A stretch of 36,226 nt of DNA from a virus: IMG/VR virus record IMGVR_UViG_3300045988_120291, positions 1 through 36,226 of that record. One strand, 5' to 3'. The notes below the pieces were generated by a model. That model saw only the letters and a program-made list of their open reading frames with translations. It was not told where the DNA came from and searched no databases. This document shows positions 15,179-23,112 of this stretch, piece after piece. The first letter of the stretch is position 1; each line of letters begins with the position of its first letter. Made by a program: the position numbers and the translations under genes.

Positions 15179-15320
15179 CCTGCAACAACAAGCACACACC
15201 ACCCCTAAATAAGGGCAACACACAACCAATGCGTTGCGTGGCCACACAACGGGTGATACAGTGAAACATGTCCACAAGGGGAACAAACCCCACACCAGAT
15301 TGGAGATTGGTAATGAGCAC
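15177..15320 (+). repeat. Repeat A, copy 2
   Basis: See copy 1. It begins within the stop codon of the upstream gene. Confidence 0.9.
15234..15262 (+). promoter_or_regulatory. Extended -10 promoter with the palindrome carrying one mismatch
   Basis: TTGCGT (15234..15239), 17-nt spacer, TGATACAGT (-10 at 15257..15262). Operator TTGCGTGGCCACACAA at 15234..15249. Confidence 0.55.
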
Positions 15321-15648
15321 CATCAACCTAGACACCCTCAATTGGGAATCCACCCCCGCAGAATGGGGCCTAACCTTCGGCGAAACCGCTAACCTGCCCG
15401 GCAGTGACCAGCGCGGCGGAAACGACATGATCCTTGACTTCGACCTTGACGGCACCCGCAAGGCACGCCTGGCAATCGATCCCGCACTTGTCGGCATGAA
15501 GACCCCACAGGGCATGGCTTTCAGTGATGACACGGCACACTGGCCCGTCCTGGATCGCGCATTCGGCCGCAAGCAATGGCAAGGCTTCCTCAGCCGCAAG
15601 ACCTCCGAAATGCTCAGCGACCTAGCCGATTGGGAACCAGAAGACTAA
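15313..15648 (+). CDS. Hypothetical small acidic protein (111 aa). Start revised to 15313.
   Basis: The ATG at 15313 is preceded by CAGATTGGAGAT at 8 nt. It shares the MST start with the copy-1 gene but has no other visible similarity to it. Confidence 0.6.
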   Translation: MSTINLDTLNWESTPAEWGLTFGETANLPGSDQRGGNDMILDFDLDGTRKARLAIDPALVGMKTPQGMAFSDDTAHWPVLDRAFGRKQWQGFLSRKTSEMLSDLADWEPED

Positions 15649-15654
15649 CCGCAT

Positions 15655-15731
15655 CAAGCGCCCGGGGTGAGCGCACAATCACCCCACAAACCCGGCGCGC
15701 GGCCACCGGACAACGGCCGCAGATTGGATTT
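15655..15731 (+). repeat. Repeat B, copy 2
   Basis: See copy 1. Confidence 0.9.
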
Positions 15732-15737
15732 CTTGTC

Positions 15738-16199
15738 ATGCACCTTCCTAGTGAGTCTTTTTCCACCCCCAAGATTAGGCTTTGCGACACCAACACCCCG
15801 CATGGGATTGTCCCCTCTGGACCTGATTCGCTTTATGACACGATTGAGCAGATGGTGTCTTCTGCGGGCACGATTCGGCCGGCGTTTTTGACGGCACATG
15901 AGCAGATCGCCGCGAACTATGGGCATGTTCTGGCATTGTTTTACGTTGTTCAGATTGTGCGTAACAAAGTTGCTGCTGATTCTCCTAACCCCAACGATCT
16001 GATTGCACTGAATGAGCTTTCCCGCGATTACTCAGCGCGCGCTAGGGGTTTGCACACTGCACTAGTTTCCCTCTACGGTCTTGTTGATGTTGACTTGGTT
16101 TCGCTGGCTGATGACGTTGCCGAATCCGCTCATCACATCGCTACTGAGCGCGCGGAATGGCTTTTCAAGAAGCCCGGTTTTTCCATCTCTGATCTGTAG
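15738..16199 (+). CDS. Hypothetical protein (153 aa). Start revised to 15738.
   Basis: ATG after repeat B and CAGATTGGATTT. The ORF ends 25 nt before the bidirectional terminator. Confidence 0.6.
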   Translation: MHLPSESFSTPKIRLCDTNTPHGIVPSGPDSLYDTIEQMVSSAGTIRPAFLTAHEQIAANYGHVLALFYVVQIVRNKVAADSPNPNDLIALNELSRDYSARARGLHTALVSLYGLVDVDLVSLADDVAESAHHIATERAEWLFKKPGFSISDL

Positions 16200-16224
16200 A
16201 AACACCCCTGAAACGCAAAAATAA

Positions 16225-16243
16225 CCCCCACCATTGGTGGGGG
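16225..16243. terminator. Bidirectional intrinsic terminator at the convergent junction
   Basis: CCCCCACC / GGTGGGGG stem flanked by AAAAATAA upstream and CTTTCTTATT downstream. It lies between the plus-strand island and the minus-strand lysis genes. Confidence 0.7.
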
Positions 16244-16260
16244 CTTTCTTATTGCCGTGG

Positions 16261-16734
16261 TTAGTTCGTCTGTCGTGGCTGGTTCCAGCCAATCATCGCG
16301 GCGACTACCGGCGGCAGATCAGGTTTCGGCGGCGGGTATGTTCCCATCACATTCAGGAAAGCATCGCGCACTGCTTCATCCATGACAGCGCGTTTCTGGA
16401 ACTCTAGCAATTCACGCTCGCGCTCATCAGCGGCGATTTGGCTTTCTTTCAGCTGGTCGGAAAGCCGCTTGATTTCTTCACTCAGTTCCACGCGAAAATC
16501 ACGCTGAGCTTCATCCAAGGCAAGCCGTAGCTTGTGTTCGTATTCCTTTTCGATACGGCGATTCTCTGCCTCGAACTTGTAGCTTTCGATCTCTACGTTT
16601 TTCCGCTGCTCAGCTTCTGTAATCTTGCCGTCTGCGCGGGATTTGAGGAGCGCGAAAATCCCGCCTAGCAACGCCACTATGGCGGCGTCCGACATGAATG
16701 GGTGCAGGCCGTCGATTATCGCGCCCATCTCCAT
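16261..16734 (-). CDS. Membrane-anchored coiled-coil protein, last gene of the lysis cassette
   Basis: 157 aa with an N-terminal hydrophobic helix (AAIVALLGGIFALL) followed by a long charged coiled-coil-like region. SD AAGGGGGA upstream. Confidence 0.55.
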   Translation of the reverse strand: MEMGAIIDGLHPFMSDAAIVALLGGIFALLKSRADGKITEAEQRKNVEIESYKFEAENRRIEKEYEHKLRLALDEAQRDFRVELSEEIKRLSDQLKESQIAADERERELLEFQKRAVMDEAVRDAFLNVMGTYPPPKPDLPPVVAAMIGWNQPRQTN

Positions 16735-16742
16735 TCCCCCTT

Positions 16743-17180
16743 CTACCGGTTCCGGCGCGCTACCTCAGCGCGCAGCTTGTCCAGCATCTCATTTCCACGG
16801 CGCTCGATTTCTTCCGGCAGCTTGGCCACGGAGGTATCGACGCTGTGACGAATGGTTTCACGGATCGCGTCAACGGCGTTATCGACGGCCATGGCAGCGG
16901 CGTCGGCGGCAATGTCGGCGGCATGATCCTCAGCGAGGGTAGGTTGCTGTGGGGGGCGCGTGTTGATTGCGGCTAGGCCGCCGCCGCCAATGAGCAGCAC
17001 TGACAATAAGCCGGTGATCTTATCGACGTTCGCGGTTACGGTCTGCGGATCAGCCTTGCCCAGGATTACCATTGCAAGGCCGACGGCGGAGGCAACGATG
17101 TAGATTGCCTGACGGATCATCCACGGCTCGAAGCGCAAGCGCTTATTACCGGTGGTGTCGATACTTAAACGGTGACTCAT
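16743..17180 (-). CDS. Holin (two predicted transmembrane helices)
   Basis: 145 aa with hydrophobic segments IYIVASAVGLAMVILG and ITGLLSVLLIGGGGLAAI and a charged C-terminus. It lies directly after the endolysin. SD AAAGGAGAG upstream. Confidence 0.6.
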   Translation of the reverse strand: MSHRLSIDTTGNKRLRFEPWMIRQAIYIVASAVGLAMVILGKADPQTVTANVDKITGLLSVLLIGGGGLAAINTRPPQQPTLAEDHAADIAADAAAMAVDNAVDAIRETIRHSVDTSVAKLPEEIERRGNEMLDKLRAEVARRNR

Positions 17181-17182
17181 TT

Positions 17183-18610
17183 TTAGTTCTCTCCTTTGAT
17201 TTTCTTGATCAGTTTTTCGCGTGCTTCACGCTTGATCTTTTCGGGGTCAAGTCCAATTGCGCGGGCAATTGCATCCTGCACCTCGCGGATTTCCCACGCG
17301 GCGGCGTCGATAAACGCAAGCGCTTGGGTCTGTTCCATTTCTGTCATGTTGTCCACGTAGCTCGGGACTTTCTTCTGAACGGCTATTTTTGTGTCGTTCA
17401 GCGCGGCGGCAGACACGCCGCCTAGTTCGATATAGCTCACACTCTCTCCATTCTGATGTGGTGCATCACCACCATAAAATAATTGTTTCAGCTGGTCAAT
17501 TGTGCCCCGGAAAGCATTAATGTCAACCTCACGCCCTGCGACCAATCCGCGTGACCCGAACTGCCAGATAACGGGCTTCTGGTCACCCAGCGGGTAATCC
17601 CATTGCTGGTGATAGTCTCCGCCGTAGATATGCGCTGGCACACCGCCGAAATTCCGGCCATATGCGGCCACCCATACAGCGCCGAACTCCTCAGTCTTTG
17701 GCTCGCCCTCAAATACGCGACCCTCCCACCATGGAACGTAGGAATAGACACCACAGACTCGCACACCCGCAGCCTCGAAAAGGCGTTTAGCTTCACGAAT
17801 GTGCTCGACACTCAGGCCCGCGTCAGTTTCGCAGTCAAGCCACATTGGACGGCGCGCATCCCCCATGACGGCAAGTGCCGCATCGACCTGCTGCGCCACC
17901 GTTGTCCCCTCTGAAGGGTTCCGCAGGTAGTGGTAAGCCGCAGTCACCATTCCCGCGCTTTCCGCGTCATCCAAGTGCGACTGGTAGCAACGATCCATAT
18001 ACGTGCCGTCCGTTGTGCGGATAATAGCAAACTGAATCCCCTCGTTTGCGGCTTGCCGCAGCGACATGCCGTCTTGATGCTCTGAAACATCAACGCCGAA
18101 CACTGTTCCTCCGAATCCCTCAATGCCCCCCGGCGCGGCTTGTTGCGCGGGTGCTGGTTGTTGTCCTTGTTCTGGTTCTAGTGCACCCGCAAGCCATGGC
18201 ACAGCGTCAATTGCTTCTCCACGGGCGAATGTCCATGGGTACACCTCAAAATGCAGGTGCGGGGCGACGCCGCCGTTAGTTGCGGAGTTTGGGTTGATGT
18301 GTGCAATGCGCTGCCCGGCGCGTACCTGGTCGCCGACGCTCACCTCGGCGATGACGTGGCCGTATACCGTCTGGCCGCCGCCTTGTTCGTCTGAGTGGTC
18401 GATGCGTACCCATCCCGCAGGGGAAGGCCCCCCGTAGCCGGAGGCTGCGCCGGTCTGTACTACGGTGCCCGCCTGCGCGGCGTAGACCGGCATACCTGCG
18501 CTGCCGCCTTCACGCCCGAAATCTGTTCCCCAATGCATCCACCCGTCACGCATCCCATATGGTGACGTCAACATTCGGCCGTTTCCTAGCGGCCAATATC
18601 GTTCTGCCAT
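17183..18610 (-). CDS. Endolysin: N-terminal M23 peptidase, central GH25 muramidase and an unassigned C-terminal domain
   Basis: M23-like: SPYGMR...HWGTDF...HLHFEV. GH25-like: GVDVSEHQDG...FAIIRTTDG...DCE. The last ~90 aa have no recognised motif. Confidence 0.8.
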   Translation of the reverse strand: MAERYWPLGNGRMLTSPYGMRDGWMHWGTDFGREGGSAGMPVYAAQAGTVVQTGAASGYGGPSPAGWVRIDHSDEQGGGQTVYGHVIAEVSVGDQVRAGQRIAHINPNSATNGGVAPHLHFEVYPWTFARGEAIDAVPWLAGALEPEQGQQPAPAQQAAPGGIEGFGGTVFGVDVSEHQDGMSLRQAANEGIQFAIIRTTDGTYMDRCYQSHLDDAESAGMVTAAYHYLRNPSEGTTVAQQVDAALAVMGDARRPMWLDCETDAGLSVEHIREAKRLFEAAGVRVCGVYSYVPWWEGRVFEGEPKTEEFGAVWVAAYGRNFGGVPAHIYGGDYHQQWDYPLGDQKPVIWQFGSRGLVAGREVDINAFRGTIDQLKQLFYGGDAPHQNGESVSYIELGGVSAAALNDTKIAVQKKVPSYVDNMTEMEQTQALAFIDAAAWEIREVQDAIARAIGLDPEKIKREAREKLIKKIKGEN

Positions 18611-18634
18611 TTCGTCTCCTTCCTCATTGATTCT

Positions 18635-21600
18635 TTATGGCTTATATACCGGTGGGTTCCTGTAGAAGCCCACCTGTTCTACCCAGTCTAGTGTTTCGAT
18701 GCGTATTCCCCTATCCACGCGACCATCCCACGGGTTGTTGTTGTCGTTTTCAGACCCTAACACGCCGGTGAATGTATCGTTTGTTATGTACATGTGGCCT
18801 ACGTTTGATACCCCTGCTTTCGTGAGGCATTTCCTTGCTGTTTCCACATCCGGGCAATTGTGGATTGCGTGCCAGAATCGTAGCGACATACGGCCCCGAT
18901 AATGCGCGGGCATTACTGTTTCTTTCAAATACTTCTCTGCGGATTGCTCAAATGACATGAGCGTATCGGCTGCGCCTAGCATAGCCTCAATCGTGTTCCC
19001 GCCCGGGTTTGCGACCACATAGAACGCGCTTCCATATTTCTCACGCAGCTTGGAATACAGCTCAGTATAGAAACTGACTTTCGCGCGCTGTTCTTCTGAC
19101 CAGCCGTTAATTGCCTCATCAAGAAATACGCCGTGAATATTGTTGCGCGTGTAGTACTCTATGTACTGGTCAATTTCCTTGATGATGTCTGCCTGCAAAC
19201 GCCCTGCCCATTGCGTTTTCACATAGGCGATATTGACGAATCCGCGCATCGTCGTGAGCGTAAGCGTATCGGCAAATTCCTGCTCTTTACGTGTACCCAC
19301 ACCTGATTTCGGATTAGCAATTTTCGGCCCTGAGATCATTGGGTTGTATGCGTAGTCTGCCCAGTTCTCATCGTTATTTTCAAGCAGCTTCCAGTAATTC
19401 GGGTAGTTGTATGATACTTCCGAATACCGACGCCCTTTATATCCCCACAATGCGAACGGGTGAATATCCACGCCCGGAATTGGCATGTCGCGTGTACGCA
19501 GTTTTCCCAGATACTTCATTGAGTCCAGGCTTACAGCTTGCACTTTCTTCATCATTTCATGCCATGATTCCTTTGTGATAATCACATCAGGATTATCAGG
19601 GTTGAAATTGCCGTTTTTAATCAGCTCTTTCTTAATCACCCCGTCCATTGGAATATTCATGATGAACGAGTTTCCACCTACCGCACTGCGCTGCGTCCCG
19701 TTTTTCAGAACTACTTTCACCATGTGTGCACAGTCGGCCTGCGGGTCATCCTGCGCGTAGTAATTTGCTTGCGCTTGGCAACCCCTTGGGTCCTCAAAAG
19801 CAACCGCCGCCCAGTCAGCCGGGTTTGCTGCAAGACGGGTGTTATTCTCAATACCCACATTCCAAATGTTATTAGCATTGATAATCGTACCCGGCCCCGA
19901 ACACGCAATGCCATGATTCCACGTTGAACCAATTGTATTACCGGTAACAACCGAATACGCGCCGATTGAAATTCCATTGTCTTTCGACACAGGGAACGAA
20001 TTACCCACAACTACAGTGCGATGACAGTCAATCGTGAAACCACATGGCTCAAACGCAATGGTCGCATTCTCAGCCATGAGCACCGAGTTATTCAGCACCT
20101 GCGTATCCACCGGCGCACCCTGCTTTGTCTGCGTCCCGCCGATCCCCATACCACATGACACGCCACGAATACGCAGGCCGATGATCTGATTGCGCTTTGA
20201 ATTGTCCTTCACTAGGCAACCAAAGCCAGAAGCGCCCTCCTGCACGGTGTTCTGTTTCAGGCCCGCGCCGTCAACAACGCAGTTGATCAGACGGTTATCG
20301 TTCGATCCGTTGCCCGTCGGCTTGTCTTTCAGCGCGAAACCCTGGACCAGAAAACCGTTGCCGCCTGATCGACGTACCTTCACTTCCGACACGTCCACGA
20401 AATCAGCGTTTGTCAATTGCAACGCCGTTGCTGGCTTGTCACCCGTATTCCATTGCATATCAAGAACAAAATCAGCAATGTACGCATCGCGGAAACCCGC
20501 GCCGGAAGTACAATGCATTCCGTTCTTCCCCAAACCTGGTTTCATATTCAGGATCGTTGCGCGCCCCTTGCCCTGGATCACCTTGCCGCTTGCCTTATCC
20601 AAGATGATCGTATCGGAAACGTCCCATTCACCGGCAGGCAAGAAAATCACTTTCTTTTTCGGGTCATTAATAGCCGCCTGCAGATCAGCTGTAATGTCCG
20701 TTTTCCCCTGCGGAAGAATGTTAATCACAGCATCCTCACCGGCCGACGCGATAGCCTCCGCCACCTGCCGTTTCACGGCCGCAGTGATCTGCTCATTCGC
20801 CGACTCAGCTAGCAGTTTCGCCACCAGCTCCTTAGTCTTAGCCTCATCCACCGGCCCCGGCGACGTCGGCAAGTTCTCTGTTTGCAGCCGCTCAATTACA
20901 CGGCGCGTTAGCGCCTCCATATCCACATCGCGGATATTCCCCATTTGTTTCAGCTGTTCAGCCAATTCTGTCGCTACCTGCGCGGGAATTTTTTTCAGCT
21001 CTGCCTGAACATCTTCCTTAGCTTTCGTGGCTTTCTGCGCCTCAGATTCAGCGGTTGATGCAGCGGTTGACGCCTGCGATGCGGCCGTTTTCGCTTGCTC
21101 TACAGCGGCAGTGCTTGTCGCCACTACCCCGCTGAGATCGCTCTTTGCGGTCGTTGCCGCCGTCTGCACCTCAGACAGTTGTCGTTTCGCTTGTTCCGCC
21201 GCGTCGGTCGCTTCCGCAGACGCCGCAAGCGCGGTTGTGGCGCGCTCTCGCGCCCATTCCGCCTGTGACGCCGCCGAATCTGCCGATAATGCGGCGTTCG
21301 ATGCTTTCTCTTCCACAGTCGCAGCCGCGGAGATTGCTTTGTCTGCCTTTTCCGATGCTGTGCCCGCTGCCGTAGCCGCAGTGTCGGCTGCAGCCTTAGC
21401 AGCTGCGGCGGCATCTTTCGCTGCCGCCGTCTCTGTGCTCGCATCCCCAATGAGCGCCTGCACCTGCGCGGCCACACGCTGCACTTCCGACTCCGCTAGT
21501 TCCTGCTCCGTAAGTGCCGCACGCGCCGCGTTCTCTAGGCTTATATCGGCCTTCCCGACCACGATAGGGATTGTCTCTAGACTTGACCCCCGTATTGTCC

Positions 21601-21811
21601 CCTGCGACTGGTGGACAAGTACCAGAACAGACTGCCCTTCCGACGCCTCGAAAGACACTTGCCCAGTCGTCGTGTCAATGGGCACTTTAGTAGGCTCTGA
21701 TGTGACGATCCCCCCGGCCACAGGCCGGGTATTTATTGCGCGTACCCACAGCTCTTTGATGGTGGACACCCGGCCGGAAATATTAACGACCTTGCCCGAT
21801 ACACGAGGCAT
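18635..21811 (-). CDS. Tail fibre / tailspike with an Ala-rich coiled coil, a beta-helix (pectate-lyase-like) module and a C-terminal Spherulin-4/Sph3-like module
   Basis: 1058 aa. Residues ~95-300 are an Ala/Thr/Glu-rich coiled coil. Residues ~365-720 carry DLQAAINDPKKKVIFLPAGEWDV and repeated GN/NN turns. Residues ~780-1045 carry ANPKSGVG, IAYVKTQW, HGVFLDEA, VVANPGG and NPWDG. Confidence 0.7.
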   Translation of the reverse strand: MPRVSGKVVNISGRVSTIKELWVRAINTRPVAGGIVTSEPTKVPIDTTTGQVSFEASEGQSVLVLVHQSQGTIRGSSLETIPIVVGKADISLENAARAALTEQELAESEVQRVAAQVQALIGDASTETAAAKDAAAAAKAAADTAATAAGTASEKADKAISAAATVEEKASNAALSADSAASQAEWARERATTALAASAEATDAAEQAKRQLSEVQTAATTAKSDLSGVVATSTAAVEQAKTAASQASTAASTAESEAQKATKAKEDVQAELKKIPAQVATELAEQLKQMGNIRDVDMEALTRRVIERLQTENLPTSPGPVDEAKTKELVAKLLAESANEQITAAVKRQVAEAIASAGEDAVINILPQGKTDITADLQAAINDPKKKVIFLPAGEWDVSDTIILDKASGKVIQGKGRATILNMKPGLGKNGMHCTSGAGFRDAYIADFVLDMQWNTGDKPATALQLTNADFVDVSEVKVRRSGGNGFLVQGFALKDKPTGNGSNDNRLINCVVDGAGLKQNTVQEGASGFGCLVKDNSKRNQIIGLRIRGVSCGMGIGGTQTKQGAPVDTQVLNNSVLMAENATIAFEPCGFTIDCHRTVVVGNSFPVSKDNGISIGAYSVVTGNTIGSTWNHGIACSGPGTIINANNIWNVGIENNTRLAANPADWAAVAFEDPRGCQAQANYYAQDDPQADCAHMVKVVLKNGTQRSAVGGNSFIMNIPMDGVIKKELIKNGNFNPDNPDVIITKESWHEMMKKVQAVSLDSMKYLGKLRTRDMPIPGVDIHPFALWGYKGRRYSEVSYNYPNYWKLLENNDENWADYAYNPMISGPKIANPKSGVGTRKEQEFADTLTLTTMRGFVNIAYVKTQWAGRLQADIIKEIDQYIEYYTRNNIHGVFLDEAINGWSEEQRAKVSFYTELYSKLREKYGSAFYVVANPGGNTIEAMLGAADTLMSFEQSAEKYLKETVMPAHYRGRMSLRFWHAIHNCPDVETARKCLTKAGVSNVGHMYITNDTFTGVLGSENDNNNPWDGRVDRGIRIETLDWVEQVGFYRNPPVYKP

Positions 21812-21825
21812 ATTTTGTTTCCCTT

Positions 21826-23034
21826 CTATGTGTTATCTTCACGCACAATGTAGAACACCGTTGTACTGTCTAGGTGCCGCAGGGTTCGACCCTCATGCCA
21901 CACACGTTTATTCTGATCAACATCATACGTCTGGATATATGCGGAGGCAGTTCGATAAGAAATAAACATCGATATTTGCCCCTTCCAATTTCCTTTTGCG
22001 GTAATTGTTGGTGCAGAATCTAATATCTTGTTTTCAATCTTGATATATCGATCTTCTACGGTCCATTCATTATCTGCGGCAATCATTCTTAATTGCAGCT
22101 GATTTACACGATGAATTGTGTTCTGATTGAGCCGCGTAGCTTCATCTAGCTTTTTGATTGCACTGTCATGCTCTTTCGATGCTTTATCCAGCGCCTCAAT
22201 TGCTCTGTTCTGCGCCGTTTGAGCGCGTCCCAGGACACGAATAGCTGCGTTGTTCAGGTCGATAGCCTCATTCTGCAGCTGATCATTGACCTTTTTTATC
22301 TTCCCGAACTCAGTATTTAAACCCTCTAGGGCTTTCTGTGCTTTTTCTGCATCTTCTAGCGCCTTAACAACCTCGTCTTTCTTCTGCGACGCGGTAGCCA
22401 CAGCCGACTTTCCCAGCTCAAGCGCAGCCGCTGAATCCTTCACGGCTTTATCAACCTCGCCGGTAATGCTTTTCAGCTCACGCAAGCGCTGCCGCTTCTC
22501 AGAAAGCACAGCATTGCGGATCGGATCATTATGCGCACGCAGCGCCTCAGCATCTGAAATCAACTGACCTCCGACATGCACCTTATACCCGGCGCGGTTG
22601 TCGTCGTCGGTTATCCAGTCAATACTTGTTACGGGGAGGTCTATTTGTTTTCCCCATAGCTGTACCGGAACTACATCGCCGACGTTGAAATCTATTTCGG
22701 GCCGTGTGAGTCCGAGGCCGGGGCCGGTTATGTCCTGCTCAAAGAAGGTATCTCCGGTGGTGCGTTTTTGCGCGGCGTCTACTACTGACTCCAGGTCTGT
22801 TGTTCCCGCGTCGAGGTCGATTGTCACATCTGCTCGGACAAACCCTATATCGAACTTTCCACGCAACACGCCCCGGCGACGAGGGTCGTAAACGTAGCCG
22901 TCTACGATGCGGTTATCCGCAGTGTGCTTTTCTTGCCCTTCTGGCAGCTTGACCTCGAACTTTCCATATGTATATGTGGCTATCGTTCGTGTCACTGTCA
23001 GTTCTCCGCCGGTGGCGGCTAGCATAATTCCCAT
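21826..23034 (-). CDS. Minor tail protein with a coiled-coil central region
   Basis: 402 aa in the tail-tip gene block. SD GAAGGGAGG lies 5 nt before the ATG. Confidence 0.6.
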   Translation of the reverse strand: MGIMLAATGGELTVTRTIATYTYGKFEVKLPEGQEKHTADNRIVDGYVYDPRRRGVLRGKFDIGFVRADVTIDLDAGTTDLESVVDAAQKRTTGDTFFEQDITGPGLGLTRPEIDFNVGDVVPVQLWGKQIDLPVTSIDWITDDDNRAGYKVHVGGQLISDAEALRAHNDPIRNAVLSEKRQRLRELKSITGEVDKAVKDSAAALELGKSAVATASQKKDEVVKALEDAEKAQKALEGLNTEFGKIKKVNDQLQNEAIDLNNAAIRVLGRAQTAQNRAIEALDKASKEHDSAIKKLDEATRLNQNTIHRVNQLQLRMIAADNEWTVEDRYIKIENKILDSAPTITAKGNWKGQISMFISYRTASAYIQTYDVDQNKRVWHEGRTLRHLDSTTVFYIVREDNT

Positions 23035-23112
23035 TTAACCTCCCTTCTCGTTCATGTTGCGCATATGATTCTATATCCTCTACCCACTCATATGCGTTGT
23101 CGTTCCAGAATC

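Noticed and set aside
14744-15295. 183-aa minus-strand ORF. The minus-strand ORFs 12727..13068, 14241..14666 and 15147..15599 in the island are rejected with it.
   Set aside because: They are antisense to tightly packed plus-strand genes that have SDs and abutting stops and starts. Their composition (V/C/G/R-rich) is implausible. The peptide shared by 12727..13068 and 14744..15295 is just repeat A translated.
21027-21965. 312-aa Ala-rich plus-strand ORF
   Set aside because: It is antisense to the Ala-rich coiled-coil part of the tail fibre gene, and GCN-rich codons read open on the opposite strand. Its composition is low-complexity, it has no SD, and it is embedded in a well-supported minus-strand gene.
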